DNA of 64,000 bases from Nitrospinaceae bacterium (lineage in GTDB: Bacteria > Nitrospinota > Nitrospinia > Nitrospinales > Nitrospinaceae), in the NCBI GenBank assembly GCA_965223665.1, contig OZ245011.1, positions 64,001 through 128,000 of the forward strand, given 5' to 3'. The position numbers were made by a program, and so were the translations under genes. The notes beneath the pieces are model-generated. The model did not search any database. It was not told where the DNA came from and worked only from the letters and a program-made list of their open reading frames with translations. This document shows positions 9,152 through 19,564 of this stretch, piece by piece. Numbering within the stretch: the first letter of the stretch is position 1; each line of letters starts with the position of its first letter.

Positions 9152-10420
9152 ATGACGGAAATCCTTTTTAAAAATATTGATATGGAAGGTCTCCATACAA
9201 TAGAAGTGTATGAGAAGCAGGGAGGCTACCAGTCTTTAAAAAAAGCCTTTGCAAAAGAGCCGGAAGAGGTTGTTGAAATTGTCAAAGCTTCTGGATTACG
9301 GGGCCGCGGGGGTGCTGGTTTTCCTACTGGACTGAAATGGAGCTTTCTTGCAAAGGATGTGTTTCCCCGTTATTTAGCTTGTAATGCCGACGAAAGTGAA
9401 CCGGGTACCTGCAAAGATAGAGATTTGATAATGAAGAATCCCCATTCTCTTATTGAAGGTATGATTCTTTGTTCCTATGCCTGTCGTATTGAAACCAGCT
9501 ATATCTACATGCGTGGAGAGTTTTATGAGTATAGTTTTATTATGGATCAGGCAATAGAAGAAGCTTATGCAAAAGGTTATTTGGGAAAAAATATTTTAGG
9601 TTCCGGTTTTAATTTAGAAATGTACACCCACTTGGGAGCTGGTGCATATATATGTGGTGAAGAATCTGCATTGCTTTCTTCATTAGAAGGATGTCGTGGA
9701 GAACCGCGATTAAAACCACCATTCCCAGCCGTAGAGGGTTTGTATAAAAAACCAACGATTGTAAATAATGTTGAAACTTTATGCGCTGTTCCATTTATTG
9801 TGAATGAAGGGCCTGAAGCTTATGCTGCTATAGGGACTGAGAAAAGTAAGGGAACGAAATTAGTTAGTGTTTCTGGGCATGTCAATAAGCCTGGTAATTA
9901 TGAGATTCCTTTGGGATTGCCAACTATTGACCTCATAGAAAAATATGCAGGTGGAATCCGAAATGGTAATAAATTGAAAGCATTTATTCCTGGTGGGTCT
10001 TCAGTTCCAATGCTTCCGGCGGATAAAGCGGACACTCCTTATGATTATGAATCGTTGCAAGCTGCTGGAACAATGCTCGGCTCTGGGGCCTTAATTGTAA
10101 TGGATGATACTACCAATGTGGTGGTTGAAGCCCTTCGGTTGGCGAGTTTTTATATGCACGAATCTTGTGGAAAGTGTACTCCCTGTAGGGAGGGGACCCG
10201 TTGGATGTACCAAATCCTATCGGATATTAATAATCGTCAAGGAAAACCAGAACAAGTAGATTTGTTAGTGGATATTTGTGACAACATGTCATTTAAATGT
10301 TTTTGTCCTTTAGGAGATGCAGCTGTTGCTCCAGTGATCAGCAGCATTGAGTATTTCCGAGAAGATTATGAAGAATTGATAGAAATGATGAAATCTGAAA
10401 CTCCGGTTTCAGTCAGTTAA
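9152..10420 (+). CDS. nuoF: NADH-quinone oxidoreductase subunit F
   Basis: GRGGAGFPTG, NADESEPGT, YICGEESAL, N3 motif CGKCTPC...C. Confidence 0.98.
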   Translation: MTEILFKNIDMEGLHTIEVYEKQGGYQSLKKAFAKEPEEVVEIVKASGLRGRGGAGFPTGLKWSFLAKDVFPRYLACNADESEPGTCKDRDLIMKNPHSLIEGMILCSYACRIETSYIYMRGEFYEYSFIMDQAIEEAYAKGYLGKNILGSGFNLEMYTHLGAGAYICGEESALLSSLEGCRGEPRLKPPFPAVEGLYKKPTIVNNVETLCAVPFIVNEGPEAYAAIGTEKSKGTKLVSVSGHVNKPGNYEIPLGLPTIDLIEKYAGGIRNGNKLKAFIPGGSSVPMLPADKADTPYDYESLQAAGTMLGSGALIVMDDTTNVVVEALRLASFYMHESCGKCTPCREGTRWMYQILSDINNRQGKPEQVDLLVDICDNMSFKCFCPLGDAAVAPVISSIEYFREDYEELIEMMKSETPVSVS

Positions 10421-10427
10421 AAATATT

Positions 10428-12899
10428 ATGGAAACTACAACAGCTAAAGATACAGTAACGCTTACGATAGATGATAAAACAGTAACTGTTCCTAAAGGGA
10501 TAGTGGTAGTTGATGCTGCAAAAACAGTAGATATTGAAATTCCTGTTTTTTGTTATCACGAAAAATTGGGGCCGTTTGGGTGTTGCCGAATGTGTTTAGT
10601 GGAAGTTGAAAAAATGCCCAAACTCACCACTGCCTGTACCTTGCAAGTGAATGAAGGTATGGTGGTAAAAACCAATACCCCTAAAGTAGAAAAAGCTCAG
10701 AAGGGAGTTTTGGAATTTACTTTATTAAACCATCCTTTGGATTGTCCTGTTTGTGATAAAGGCGGAGAATGTCCTTTGCAGGACAATACTTTTAAGTTTG
10801 GCCCTGATACCACACGAATGGATTACAATCGGTTTAATCGCGACAAGGCGACCGACCTGAGCCCGGTCATTACCATTGACCGCGAACGGTGTATTGCTTG
10901 CCAACGTTGTACTCGATATAGTGAGATTATTGAAAAAGACCAGGCCTTGGTGATGAGACATCGTGGATTTAAAAACCGAGTTTCTACATTCAATGATGAA
11001 CCTTATGACACTCGATTTTCTGGAAATGTTATTGATATTTGTCCAGTGGGCGCACTGACTAATACGGAGTTTAGATTTTCTGCAAGATCTTGGGACTTAA
11101 ATAATTCCAGCACCCTCTGCGGTCACTGTGCTTGTAATTGCAATATGACGTTAGGATCTCGTCTTAATGAAATGAAGCGAATTACCACGCGGCCTAATGA
11201 TTATGTAGATGATGGTTGGATTTGTGACAAGGCGCGATGGGGATATAGCTTTACAAATAGTAAGAATAGAATTAAATCTGCTAGAGCGAACTCCGATCCA
11301 ATTTCAATTAAGGATGCCTGTACGCAAGTGGCTCAGAAATTAAAGGAGATTGTAGATAAACATGGTCCTGATAGTGTCGGATTCTTAGGATCTCCCTATG
11401 GATTAAATGAAGAATTATATTTGTATCAAAAACTTTTTAGAATGCAGTTAGGTACCAATAATATTGATCATAAATTTTATGCCGATACTCCGGGGTTACC
11501 GGTACCGCATTTAGACTTGACCCAAATTGAGCAATGCAACTTAATTATTTTAATTGCAAGTGACCCGACGGAAGAGTTGCCTATATTAGATCTGCGTTTG
11601 AAAAAAGCGGTGACCACTAAGGGGGTAAAATTAGTTGTTCTAAATGATCAATCGACTTTAATGGATAAGTATGCAAGTTTGTCATTGAAATATAATGTGG
11701 GATCAGGGTCCTTGGTTTATGAATCATTGGCGGAAGCTGTGGGTGGGAACTTTTCTTATCGAGATAGTTTGCTCAGTGAATCCGGAATTGAGCCCACCCA
11801 AATTGATGTGTTGACTGAAAAAATTAAGACAGCAGGAAAAGTGTGCTTCATTTATAACCCTGCGGCTCTTACCGGAAATTCTGATAAATCACTGAAGTTT
11901 ATGCTAAATACAATGAGCACTTTGCCCATTGAGGTGGGTGCAATTCCAGCAGCACCTGCTACTAATGCTTTGGGAGCTATGGATATGGGAGTTCTTCCGG
12001 ATTATTATCCTGGTGGAATTTCGGTCAAAGATTCTGATGCGATTCAAAAAATATGGGGAGAAAATGCTCCTTTGGAGCCTGGTTTAAGTGGTCCCAAGCT
12101 TTTTCAGAAAGCCGAGGATGGTCAATTAAAAGCATTAGTTATTTTTCGTTCGAATCCCATGATTGAATTTCCAGGAGGGTCTCGAATAAAAGATGCTCTT
12201 CAAAAATTAGAGTTTGTAGTGGTTCACGATATTATGGAAACGGAAACCAGTCAGTTAGCCCATATAGTCATTCCCTCTAATGGGCCGGGATATGATGAGG
12301 GCACCACTACTAATATTGGAGGCAGAGTGCAATTGAGAGATAAGAGTTTGAACTCAGATTTCCCTCCGGATTGGAAAATGATCTCTCAAATGTCTCAGGA
12401 ATTAGGTGGCGAAACGGTTTATAAGAATTCAGCCGCAATAACTAAAGAGATTTCTGAAAAAGTTCCAGGTTATGAGGAAATAGTAAAGTCAAATGTTAAA
12501 AATGTAGGAAAAACTCGAGATTCCATTAATTATACAAATGGGGATCGACCAGAAAGAGAAGATTTGCCCAAGCGACCGGCAAAAGATATGTTTCGACTTC
12601 GAGTGGCTAGTTATTTGTTTTGCCATGATAAGCTTTTAGATGCAGAAAGTTCATTAGCTCATAAATTTTTATCTTCTACAGTGTTTATTCACCCTGAGGA
12701 TGCTAAAAACTTAAGTTTGCAAGAAGGAGATTCGGTTTCATTGGTATCCGGTGTGCAGGAAGTTGGGGCACAAGTAGAGATATCTGATAGGTGTAATCCA
12801 GGTGCGCTAGTGTTGCCTAAAATTTCTGACGAACAAGGGGTGTTGTCCTTAGTAGATCCTGATAGGTCTATTCAATGGATAAGATTAAAGAAAGAATAA
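10428..12899 (+). CDS. nuoG: NADH-quinone oxidoreductase subunit G
   Basis: N1b CYH..CRMC..C, N5 HPLDCPVCDKGGEC, N4 CIACQRC..CP, and an extra N7-type CGHCACNC..C. Confidence 0.96.
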   Translation: METTTAKDTVTLTIDDKTVTVPKGIVVVDAAKTVDIEIPVFCYHEKLGPFGCCRMCLVEVEKMPKLTTACTLQVNEGMVVKTNTPKVEKAQKGVLEFTLLNHPLDCPVCDKGGECPLQDNTFKFGPDTTRMDYNRFNRDKATDLSPVITIDRERCIACQRCTRYSEIIEKDQALVMRHRGFKNRVSTFNDEPYDTRFSGNVIDICPVGALTNTEFRFSARSWDLNNSSTLCGHCACNCNMTLGSRLNEMKRITTRPNDYVDDGWICDKARWGYSFTNSKNRIKSARANSDPISIKDACTQVAQKLKEIVDKHGPDSVGFLGSPYGLNEELYLYQKLFRMQLGTNNIDHKFYADTPGLPVPHLDLTQIEQCNLIILIASDPTEELPILDLRLKKAVTTKGVKLVVLNDQSTLMDKYASLSLKYNVGSGSLVYESLAEAVGGNFSYRDSLLSESGIEPTQIDVLTEKIKTAGKVCFIYNPAALTGNSDKSLKFMLNTMSTLPIEVGAIPAAPATNALGAMDMGVLPDYYPGGISVKDSDAIQKIWGENAPLEPGLSGPKLFQKAEDGQLKALVIFRSNPMIEFPGGSRIKDALQKLEFVVVHDIMETETSQLAHIVIPSNGPGYDEGTTTNIGGRVQLRDKSLNSDFPPDWKMISQMSQELGGETVYKNSAAITKEISEKVPGYEEIVKSNVKNVGKTRDSINYTNGDRPEREDLPKRPAKDMFRLRVASYLFCHDKLLDAESSLAHKFLSSTVFIHPEDAKNLSLQEGDSVSLVSGVQEVGAQVEISDRCNPGALVLPKISDEQGVLSLVDPDRSIQWIRLKKE

Positions 12900-12923
12900 T
12901 TTGTTACAGGTAGTGAGGCTTCT

Positions 12924-13949
12924 TTGATAGACGATATTTTAGATTTTTTAGCTCCTTATAATTATTTAATTATTGGAGTCATAAAAGCTGTGGTAATTGC
13001 AGTTGCCTTGATGACCTGCGTTCCTGGATTAGTTTGGCTGGAACGGCGCTTAATGGGGCGTTTTCAAGTTCGGTTAGGGCCTAATCGAGTAGGGCCATTG
13101 GGCTTGGGACAAGCTTTTGCAGATTCTATAAAGCTTTTATTTAAGGAATCTATAGTTCAAAAATCGGCGGATAAGTTTTTATTTTACTTGGCTCCGTCTA
13201 TTGTGGTTTTTACCGCCATTGTTACGTTCTCAGCAGTTCCCTTTGGCGATCCAATAGAAATTGGGGGTGAGTCCATTGGGCTTTGGGGAGCCAATTTAAA
13301 TATTGGTCTATTATTTATATTTGCTGTGAGTTCTATGGGAATTTACGGTATTGTGATTGCCGGGTTTTCCTCGAACAATAAATATTCGTTGATGGGTGGT
13401 TTGCGCTCATCCGCTCAAATGATCAGCTATGAATTGACCTTAGGGTTGTCTGCTTTGAGTGTGATAATAATGTCTGGCTCGTTAAATTTGGTTGATGTAG
13501 TTCATAAGCAAAATGATTATCCTTACATATTAATTATGCCAATTGCTTTTTTATTGTTTTTTATTTCCGGAGTGGCAGAAACTAATCGTGCCCCTTTTGA
13601 TTTGCCAGAAGCAGAGCAGGAGTTGGTGGCTGGTTTTTTCACGGAATACTCTGGAATGAAATTTGCCATGTTTTTTATGGGCGAATATATAAATATGATT
13701 ACCATGAGTGCTCTGATCACTATTTTATTTTTGGGTGGTTGGAATTCTTATATTCCTGGGTTTGACATCCCGATTTTGGTTTTTGCCGCGAAAGTTTTTA
13801 TGTTGGCATGTGTGTTTATTTGGTTGCGGTCAACTTTTCCTCGTATTCGTTATGATCGGTTAATGACGTTTGGCTGGAAAGTTTTATTGCCAATTTCAAT
13901 TGTTAATATGTTGGCGTATGGATTTGTCAAAGTGATTTTGGTTTCTTGA
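12924..13949 (+). CDS. nuoH: NADH-quinone oxidoreductase subunit H
   Basis: RLGPNRVGP, AQMISYE, AETNRAPFDLPEAE, PRIRYD; TTG start. Confidence 0.98.
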   Translation: MIDDILDFLAPYNYLIIGVIKAVVIAVALMTCVPGLVWLERRLMGRFQVRLGPNRVGPLGLGQAFADSIKLLFKESIVQKSADKFLFYLAPSIVVFTAIVTFSAVPFGDPIEIGGESIGLWGANLNIGLLFIFAVSSMGIYGIVIAGFSSNNKYSLMGGLRSSAQMISYELTLGLSALSVIIMSGSLNLVDVVHKQNDYPYILIMPIAFLLFFISGVAETNRAPFDLPEAEQELVAGFFTEYSGMKFAMFFMGEYINMITMSALITILFLGGWNSYIPGFDIPILVFAAKVFMLACVFIWLRSTFPRIRYDRLMTFGWKVLLPISIVNMLAYGFVKVILVS

Positions 13950-13959
13950 GGGATTAATT

Positions 13960-14457
13960 ATGATAGAAGCTGTTGTCAGTGGTGCCAAGAATTTGTTAAT
14001 CGGCTTAGGTGTTACTTTTAAAAATATGTTATCTAAGCCCACGACTGTTTGCTATCCCGAAGTAAAAAGGGAAATGCCTTCTCGTTATCGAGGACGACAT
14101 TTTTTGAATAGAGGTGAAGATGGTTTAGAGAACTGTGTGGGTTGTAGTTTGTGTTCCATTAATTGTCCAGTTGGATGTATCCATGTAGTCGCAGCTGAGA
14201 ATGATCCTGAAAATCCAGTTTCAAAAGGCGAACGCTATGCAGAAGTTTATGAGATAAATTTACTGCGATGTATTTATTGTGGATATTGTGAAGAAGCATG
14301 CCCTGTGGATGCGGTGGTTTTGCGAGAACATTATGAGTTGGCTGATTACGACAGGAAAAATTATATTGCCACAAAAGAAGATTTGTTGGTTTACCCTGAG
14401 CCCAATCAATTTCGCGTTAATTTCCTGGGTAATACTGAAGTGGTCAATAAGAAATAA
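13960..14457 (+). CDS. nuoI: NADH-quinone oxidoreductase subunit I
   Basis: Two CxxCxxCxxxCP motifs and RYRGRH. Confidence 0.97.
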   Translation: MIEAVVSGAKNLLIGLGVTFKNMLSKPTTVCYPEVKREMPSRYRGRHFLNRGEDGLENCVGCSLCSINCPVGCIHVVAAENDPENPVSKGERYAEVYEINLLRCIYCGYCEEACPVDAVVLREHYELADYDRKNYIATKEDLLVYPEPNQFRVNFLGNTEVVNKK

Positions 14458-14543
14458 CTGTTTTAATTTCGATGAATAAAGTAGAAAGATGGGGAGATTT
14501 TTTTGCTTTATTTTCTGCCTAATTTAGGAGGAGGAAATCTACG

Positions 14544-15131
14544 GTGTGGGAAACCTTAGAGCAGGCAATGAACTTTGCCCTGGAAAGAGACGTTGTTTTC
14601 GGTCTTTTTGAGCAGGGTTTTGTTTTTATTATTGGAATGACAGCGGTTCTAGCCAGTCTTGGAGTTGTGCTTTGCTCTTCTGCCATCTATAGCGCTTTAT
14701 TTCTTATTGGAAATATGATTTGTCTGGCGCTACTTTTCCTATTTTATAATGCAGAATTCTTAGCGGCTGTTCAGGTTGTTGTATATGCCGGAGCAGTTAT
14801 GATCTTATTTCTTTTCATTATTGCTTTACTGGGCGCAAAGAAAGAAGAAAAAGATTTTTCTTTTGAAAACTTGATGGGTCTAGGGTTTGTAGGATTGTTA
14901 TTTTGTGAATTATTGATGACTTTGGCGGTGGGGCCTACAAAGCAAGAGATTGGAAAAGCCACCCCTGAAGTGATCTCTCAAGTAGGTAGTGCAAAAGCTA
15001 TAGGAATTGAACTTTTTTCAAATTATTTAGTTCCTTTCGAATTGGCCTCGTTTTTATTAATGGTGGCCGCTGTGGGTATCATTTGTTTGGCGAAGTTTAA
15101 CTTTCGTCCATTGCGAAAACGTGTGAGGTAA
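14544..15131 (+). CDS. nuoJ: NADH-quinone oxidoreductase subunit J
   Basis: AEFLAAVQVVVYAGAVMILFLF and YLVPFELAS; AGGAGG SD upstream of a GTG start. Confidence 0.95.
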   Translation: MWETLEQAMNFALERDVVFGLFEQGFVFIIGMTAVLASLGVVLCSSAIYSALFLIGNMICLALLFLFYNAEFLAAVQVVVYAGAVMILFLFIIALLGAKKEEKDFSFENLMGLGFVGLLFCELLMTLAVGPTKQEIGKATPEVISQVGSAKAIGIELFSNYLVPFELASFLLMVAAVGIICLAKFNFRPLRKRVR

Positions 15132-15133
15132 TT

Positions 15134-15433
15134 ATGGGAGATACTTTTGTTTTATTTGTAAGTGCATCCATTTTTTCAATTGGTGCGGTTGGTTTTGTAA
15201 TTCGGAAGAATCCTTTAGTAATGTTCATGTCCATTGAGCTTATGCTTAATTCCGTGAATTTTTTGCTCATTGCCTATTCGAGTTTTCTTTCGGGTTTGGA
15301 CGGGCAGATTTTTGCATTAATGATAATGACAGTTGCCGCTGCGGAAGTTGTGGTTGGTTTGGCCATAATTCTTACGATTTTTCGAACTCGTCATGATCTA
15401 AATGTTGATCATATAAATGTATTGAAGGGATAA
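15134..15433 (+). CDS. nuoK: NADH-quinone oxidoreductase subunit K
   Basis: MSIELMLN, GQIFAL, AAAEVVVGLA. Confidence 0.97.
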   Translation: MGDTFVLFVSASIFSIGAVGFVIRKNPLVMFMSIELMLNSVNFLLIAYSSFLSGLDGQIFALMIMTVAAAEVVVGLAIILTIFRTRHDLNVDHINVLKG

Positions 15434-15437
15434 AATT

Positions 15438-17309
15438 TTGTATCCACATGCTTGGTTAATATTAGCCCTCCCTATGATTGGGTTTATTGCTCTCAGTTGG
15501 TATGGGGAGAACTTTTCTAAAAAAACGATTGGAACTTTTGCTTCGGCAATGGTAGGCGGTGCTTTTTTAGTGACGCTAATTATTTTAGCAAGTATGGGTA
15601 ATCATGATTCAATGCAAAATGTTCACCATGTTGAGACCCTTTATCCCTGGGTGGTATCTGATGGATTTCAACTGAATGTTGCAATATTAGTTGATCCACT
15701 TTCCATATTTATGCTTTTGGTAGTCACTGGGGTGGGTTTTTTAATCCATGTGTATTCGATTGGGTATATGCAAGAAGATCCCGAATTCAGCCGCTTTTTT
15801 TCTTATATGAATTTGTTTATTTTTGCCATGTGTTTATTAGTATTGGCAGCAGATTTCTTTTTCCTAATTGTCGGTTGGGCTTTAGTAGGGTTAGCTTCCT
15901 ATTTATTAATAGGATTTTGGTCTGAGAAAAGAAGTGCAGTGTTGGCAGCGCGTAAGGCATTTGTAATGAATGTTATTGGCGATGTGGGAATGGTCATTGC
16001 GGCCTTTATTATATTCGAAAACTTTGGGACGTTAAATTATGTTGAAGTTTTCCAGGCGGCCCCCGGTAGTTTTCTTCCCAATGATGATGGCGCTCTTTTA
16101 ATTACCTTACTTTTACTGGTTGGCGCTTTTGCTAAATCTGCTCAGTTACCTTTGCATACTTGGCTCCCCGATGCTATGGAAGGTCCAACCCCTGTAAGTG
16201 CTCTTATTCATGCTGCAACCATGGTAACCGCTGGCGTCTATTTGGTGGCCCGATGTAATGTTCTATTTATGTTAGCTCCATATGTAATGTATTTTGTGGC
16301 CGGTGTAGGTGCCATCACAGCGCTCTTTGCGGGCTCAATGGCAATGGTTCAATATGATATCAAACGTGTAATTGCCTACTCGACGATGAGTCAAATTGGA
16401 TATATGTTTTTAGCAGTAGGAGTGGGAGTCTTTAGTGTTGGTATGTTCCATTTAATGACCCATGCATTTTTTAAAGCTTTGTTGTTTTTAGGAGCAGGTA
16501 GTGTGATTCATTCTCTTAATGACGAACAAGATATTCGAAAAATGGGTGGATTGGTTAAGGCCATGCCTATCACCTTTGCAACTTTTCTGATCGCTTCATT
16601 AGCGCTATCAGGTTTTCCTTTGACAGCCGGGTTTTTTAGTAAAGAAGCGATCATTATGAATTCCTATTATGCAGAATATGGAAATATCTTTTTCTGGATT
16701 ATTGCTATAGCGGGTGCGGGAATGACAGGGTTTTATACCTTTCGATTATTCTTTTATACGTTCCCAGGGCAAAATCGAATGCCGGGTTCTCACCCTCATG
16801 AATCTCCCTGGATAATGGCAGGCCCTTTGGTGATCCTTGCTGGATTGTCATTATTTGGAGGTGTTTTAGGCCATTGGGCTCATGAGTTTTTAGCCCCTGT
16901 GTTTGGTGGTACGGTGCCGGTGCATCATGAGGATGGATTATTAGAAACGGTTGCAGTAACGGTGGCTTTACTTGGTATTCTATCTGCCATTCCGTTGTAT
17001 ATGACAGGAAAAGATCAATTGGCCTTTGCTAAACAAATGTTTGCTCCGCTATATGATGTTCTTTTTAACAAATACTATATAGATGAAATTTATGATTTTT
17101 TCATCGTCAAGCCAGTTAAAGCGATTGGTGCCTTTTTTGAATCAGACGCTGAAAGAAAGGGAATTGATTTCACAGTTGATCAAGTCGGCGAACAAGTGCG
17201 TGAGGTAAGCAAAGGTATAAGTTTTTGGCAAACGGGAAAAGTTAGAACGTATGCCCTTAATATCGTTGCTGGAATGGTCACGGTATTGTTGTTTGTGATC
17301 TTTATTTAG
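15438..17309 (+). CDS. nuoL: NADH-quinone oxidoreductase subunit L
   Basis: KSAQLPLHTWLPDAMEGPTPVSALIHAATMV, HAFFKALLFL, C-terminal lateral helix ending QTG plus a TM; TTG start. Confidence 0.97.
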   Translation: MYPHAWLILALPMIGFIALSWYGENFSKKTIGTFASAMVGGAFLVTLIILASMGNHDSMQNVHHVETLYPWVVSDGFQLNVAILVDPLSIFMLLVVTGVGFLIHVYSIGYMQEDPEFSRFFSYMNLFIFAMCLLVLAADFFFLIVGWALVGLASYLLIGFWSEKRSAVLAARKAFVMNVIGDVGMVIAAFIIFENFGTLNYVEVFQAAPGSFLPNDDGALLITLLLLVGAFAKSAQLPLHTWLPDAMEGPTPVSALIHAATMVTAGVYLVARCNVLFMLAPYVMYFVAGVGAITALFAGSMAMVQYDIKRVIAYSTMSQIGYMFLAVGVGVFSVGMFHLMTHAFFKALLFLGAGSVIHSLNDEQDIRKMGGLVKAMPITFATFLIASLALSGFPLTAGFFSKEAIIMNSYYAEYGNIFFWIIAIAGAGMTGFYTFRLFFYTFPGQNRMPGSHPHESPWIMAGPLVILAGLSLFGGVLGHWAHEFLAPVFGGTVPVHHEDGLLETVAVTVALLGILSAIPLYMTGKDQLAFAKQMFAPLYDVLFNKYYIDEIYDFFIVKPVKAIGAFFESDAERKGIDFTVDQVGEQVREVSKGISFWQTGKVRTYALNIVAGMVTVLLFVIFI

Positions 17310-17327
17310 TTCATGGAAAGATAACTA

Positions 17328-18848
17328 ATGCTATCTGCAATTATATTTCTTCCTTTAGTGACGGCCATTGTAATTTTAACTATGGCTGAAGAAAAGCTGG
17401 TTTCCATCCGGAGATTGGCTGAAATTGCCGCATTCCTTTCTTTTGTTGGTACATTGTTTTTAGCATATACGTTTGATCCCTCTGCTAAAGAAATGCAATT
17501 TGTGAATTCCTTTCATTGGGTTTCTGCATTGCACATAAACTTTAAAGTAGGCGTGGATGGTATTAGTCTTTGGCTCCTGGTATTGACTGCATTTTTAGGT
17601 ATCCTGGCGATTCGTTTTGCCGATCCGAATCAGAAAAATTTTCGAAATTTTATTGCTTTGACTCTTATGCTAGAAGCAGGAACTCTAGGGGTATTTGTTG
17701 CCCTGGATACGATCCTGTTTTATGTTTTTTGGGAATTAATGTTAATTCCTACCTACTTTTTAATTGGGTTATGGGGAGAAGGAGAGCGGGTTTACGCAAC
17801 CACCAAGTTTGTCATTTATACCCTTGTAGGAAGCTTGTTGATGTTAGTTGGAATTGTTTGGATTACTGTAATTCATTTTCAAGCCACAGGACATTTGAGT
17901 TTTGACTTGGTTACACTATTACATACGGAAATGCCAAAGAGTGAACAACTTTATATGTTCATATTCTTCTTTTTAGCATTTGCTATTAAAGTTCCTATTT
18001 TCCCATTTCATAGCTGGCTTCCTCACACATATAAATCCTGCCCGATTTCAACATTAATTTTGTTAACGGGAGCAATGTCCAAAACAGGGGCTTATGGATT
18101 GATTAGATTTTGTGTTCCCTTATTTCCTGAAGCAATGGCAGATTGGGCTCTTTGGATCGGAACTATGGCAGCAGGTGGGATCGTTTATGGTGCCTGGATT
18201 GCGGTAGCACAAAAAGATATTAAATCCATTGTTGCCTATTCTAGTATTAGCCATTTAGGGTTCATTGCTTTGGGAATTTTTGCATTTAATGGAAAAGGTG
18301 TTGAAGGAAGTGTCTTGCAAATGGTTAACCATGGAATAATTGCTTCGGCCTTATTTATCATAGTTGGCATTGTAGAGCAAAGAACGGGAACAAGAGATTT
18401 AAATAAGCTATCTGGTTTAAAGAAATCTATGCCTGTATTGTATGGTATTTTCATGCTGATTATGCTGGCAGCTTTGGGTCTACCTGGATTGAATGGTTTT
18501 GTGGGTGAATTTCTAATTCTTATTGGCGTTTGGACTTCTACCATATTAGACCAACTTTCTGTTGTCTATGTAGTGTTGGCAGGCTTGGCAATAGTTTTTG
18601 CTTCAATTTATATGCTTTTTATGTTTCAAGGCACTATGCAGGAAAAACCCACAGATGTATCTGAAAACGTTAAAGATTTAAATTCCAATGAGGTAGGCCT
18701 CCTTATTCCTGCTTGTGTTTTGGTAGTGGTTATTGGACTTTATCCTAAACCTTTAATTGATCTAGTCTCACCTTCTGCAGACCATGTTCTAACGGTTAAA
18801 AAGACTGTTAAGCTCTTTTCCGCTGGTTCAGATCATGGTGGCCATTAA
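17328..18848 (+). CDS. nuoM: NADH-quinone oxidoreductase subunit M
   Basis: GVDGIS, FYVFWE, AIKVPIFPFHSWLP, AYSSISHLG, GLPGLNGFVGEF. Confidence 0.96.
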   Translation: MLSAIIFLPLVTAIVILTMAEEKLVSIRRLAEIAAFLSFVGTLFLAYTFDPSAKEMQFVNSFHWVSALHINFKVGVDGISLWLLVLTAFLGILAIRFADPNQKNFRNFIALTLMLEAGTLGVFVALDTILFYVFWELMLIPTYFLIGLWGEGERVYATTKFVIYTLVGSLLMLVGIVWITVIHFQATGHLSFDLVTLLHTEMPKSEQLYMFIFFFLAFAIKVPIFPFHSWLPHTYKSCPISTLILLTGAMSKTGAYGLIRFCVPLFPEAMADWALWIGTMAAGGIVYGAWIAVAQKDIKSIVAYSSISHLGFIALGIFAFNGKGVEGSVLQMVNHGIIASALFIIVGIVEQRTGTRDLNKLSGLKKSMPVLYGIFMLIMLAALGLPGLNGFVGEFLILIGVWTSTILDQLSVVYVVLAGLAIVFASIYMLFMFQGTMQEKPTDVSENVKDLNSNEVGLLIPACVLVVVIGLYPKPLIDLVSPSADHVLTVKKTVKLFSAGSDHGGH

Positions 18849-18874
18849 TACCAATATTTCAGATTTTTAAAATT

Positions 18875-19564
18875 ATGAGACTTGGGGAACGCATGGTAGA
18901 TGCCCTGTTTATTGAACGTCCAAACAGGTATCTTGCTTATGTGGAGTTGGAGGGGAAGAAAGTGGCAGTTCATGTGCCCGACCCGGGAAGATTACCTGGC
19001 CTAATGATTCCCAAAAGAAAAGTTCGTTTAATTTACCAACCAGGACCCAAGAGAAAAACTGATTATTCTTTGGTTCTGGTTCGTCATGGATCGATTTGGG
19101 TATCTGTTTTTCCTTCATTTGCTAATAATTTAGTGGGCGATGCTCTAAATCGAAAAAGTTTAAAGGGAATAAAAGGTTATGATTCTTTTTCAAAAGAAGT
19201 TAAGGAAGGAAATAGTCGTTTTGATTTTAAGTTGAATTTTCCGAAAGGACCGCTTTTTTTAGAGGTTAAGTCTGTAAGCTTTGTTGAAAAAAGTGTGGGG
19301 AAATTTCCTGATGCTCCCACTGAAAGAGGTCGAAAGCATCTTAATGAATTAATCGACTTAAAGAAAAAGGGCTGTCAATCTTCTGTTGTTTTTATTTCCC
19401 AAAGATCTGATACGCGCTCCATTACTTCAAATGATGAGGTGGACCCGGAGTTTGGAGAGACTTTGCGAAAAGCAGCATCTACGGGTGTTGAATTGTACGG
19501 TTTCAATTGTCGGGTGACTCCTTCTACTGTTTCCATAAATGAAAGAGTTCCCATTAAGTTATGA
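18875..19564 (+). CDS. sfsA: DNA/RNA nuclease SfsA
   Basis: RPNRY, HVPDPGR, SRFDF, LEVKSV, FPDAPTERGRKHL. Confidence 0.93.
   Translation: MRLGERMVDALFIERPNRYLAYVELEGKKVAVHVPDPGRLPGLMIPKRKVRLIYQPGPKRKTDYSLVLVRHGSIWVSVFPSFANNLVGDALNRKSLKGIKGYDSFSKEVKEGNSRFDFKLNFPKGPLFLEVKSVSFVEKSVGKFPDAPTERGRKHLNELIDLKKKGCQSSVVFISQRSDTRSITSNDEVDPEFGETLRKAASTGVELYGFNCRVTPSTVSINERVPIKL

Noticed and set aside
14480-14520. G-U-rich hairpin in the nuoI-nuoJ gap
   Set aside because: Pairing needs many G-U pairs and bulges; too weak to call without folding and conservation data.
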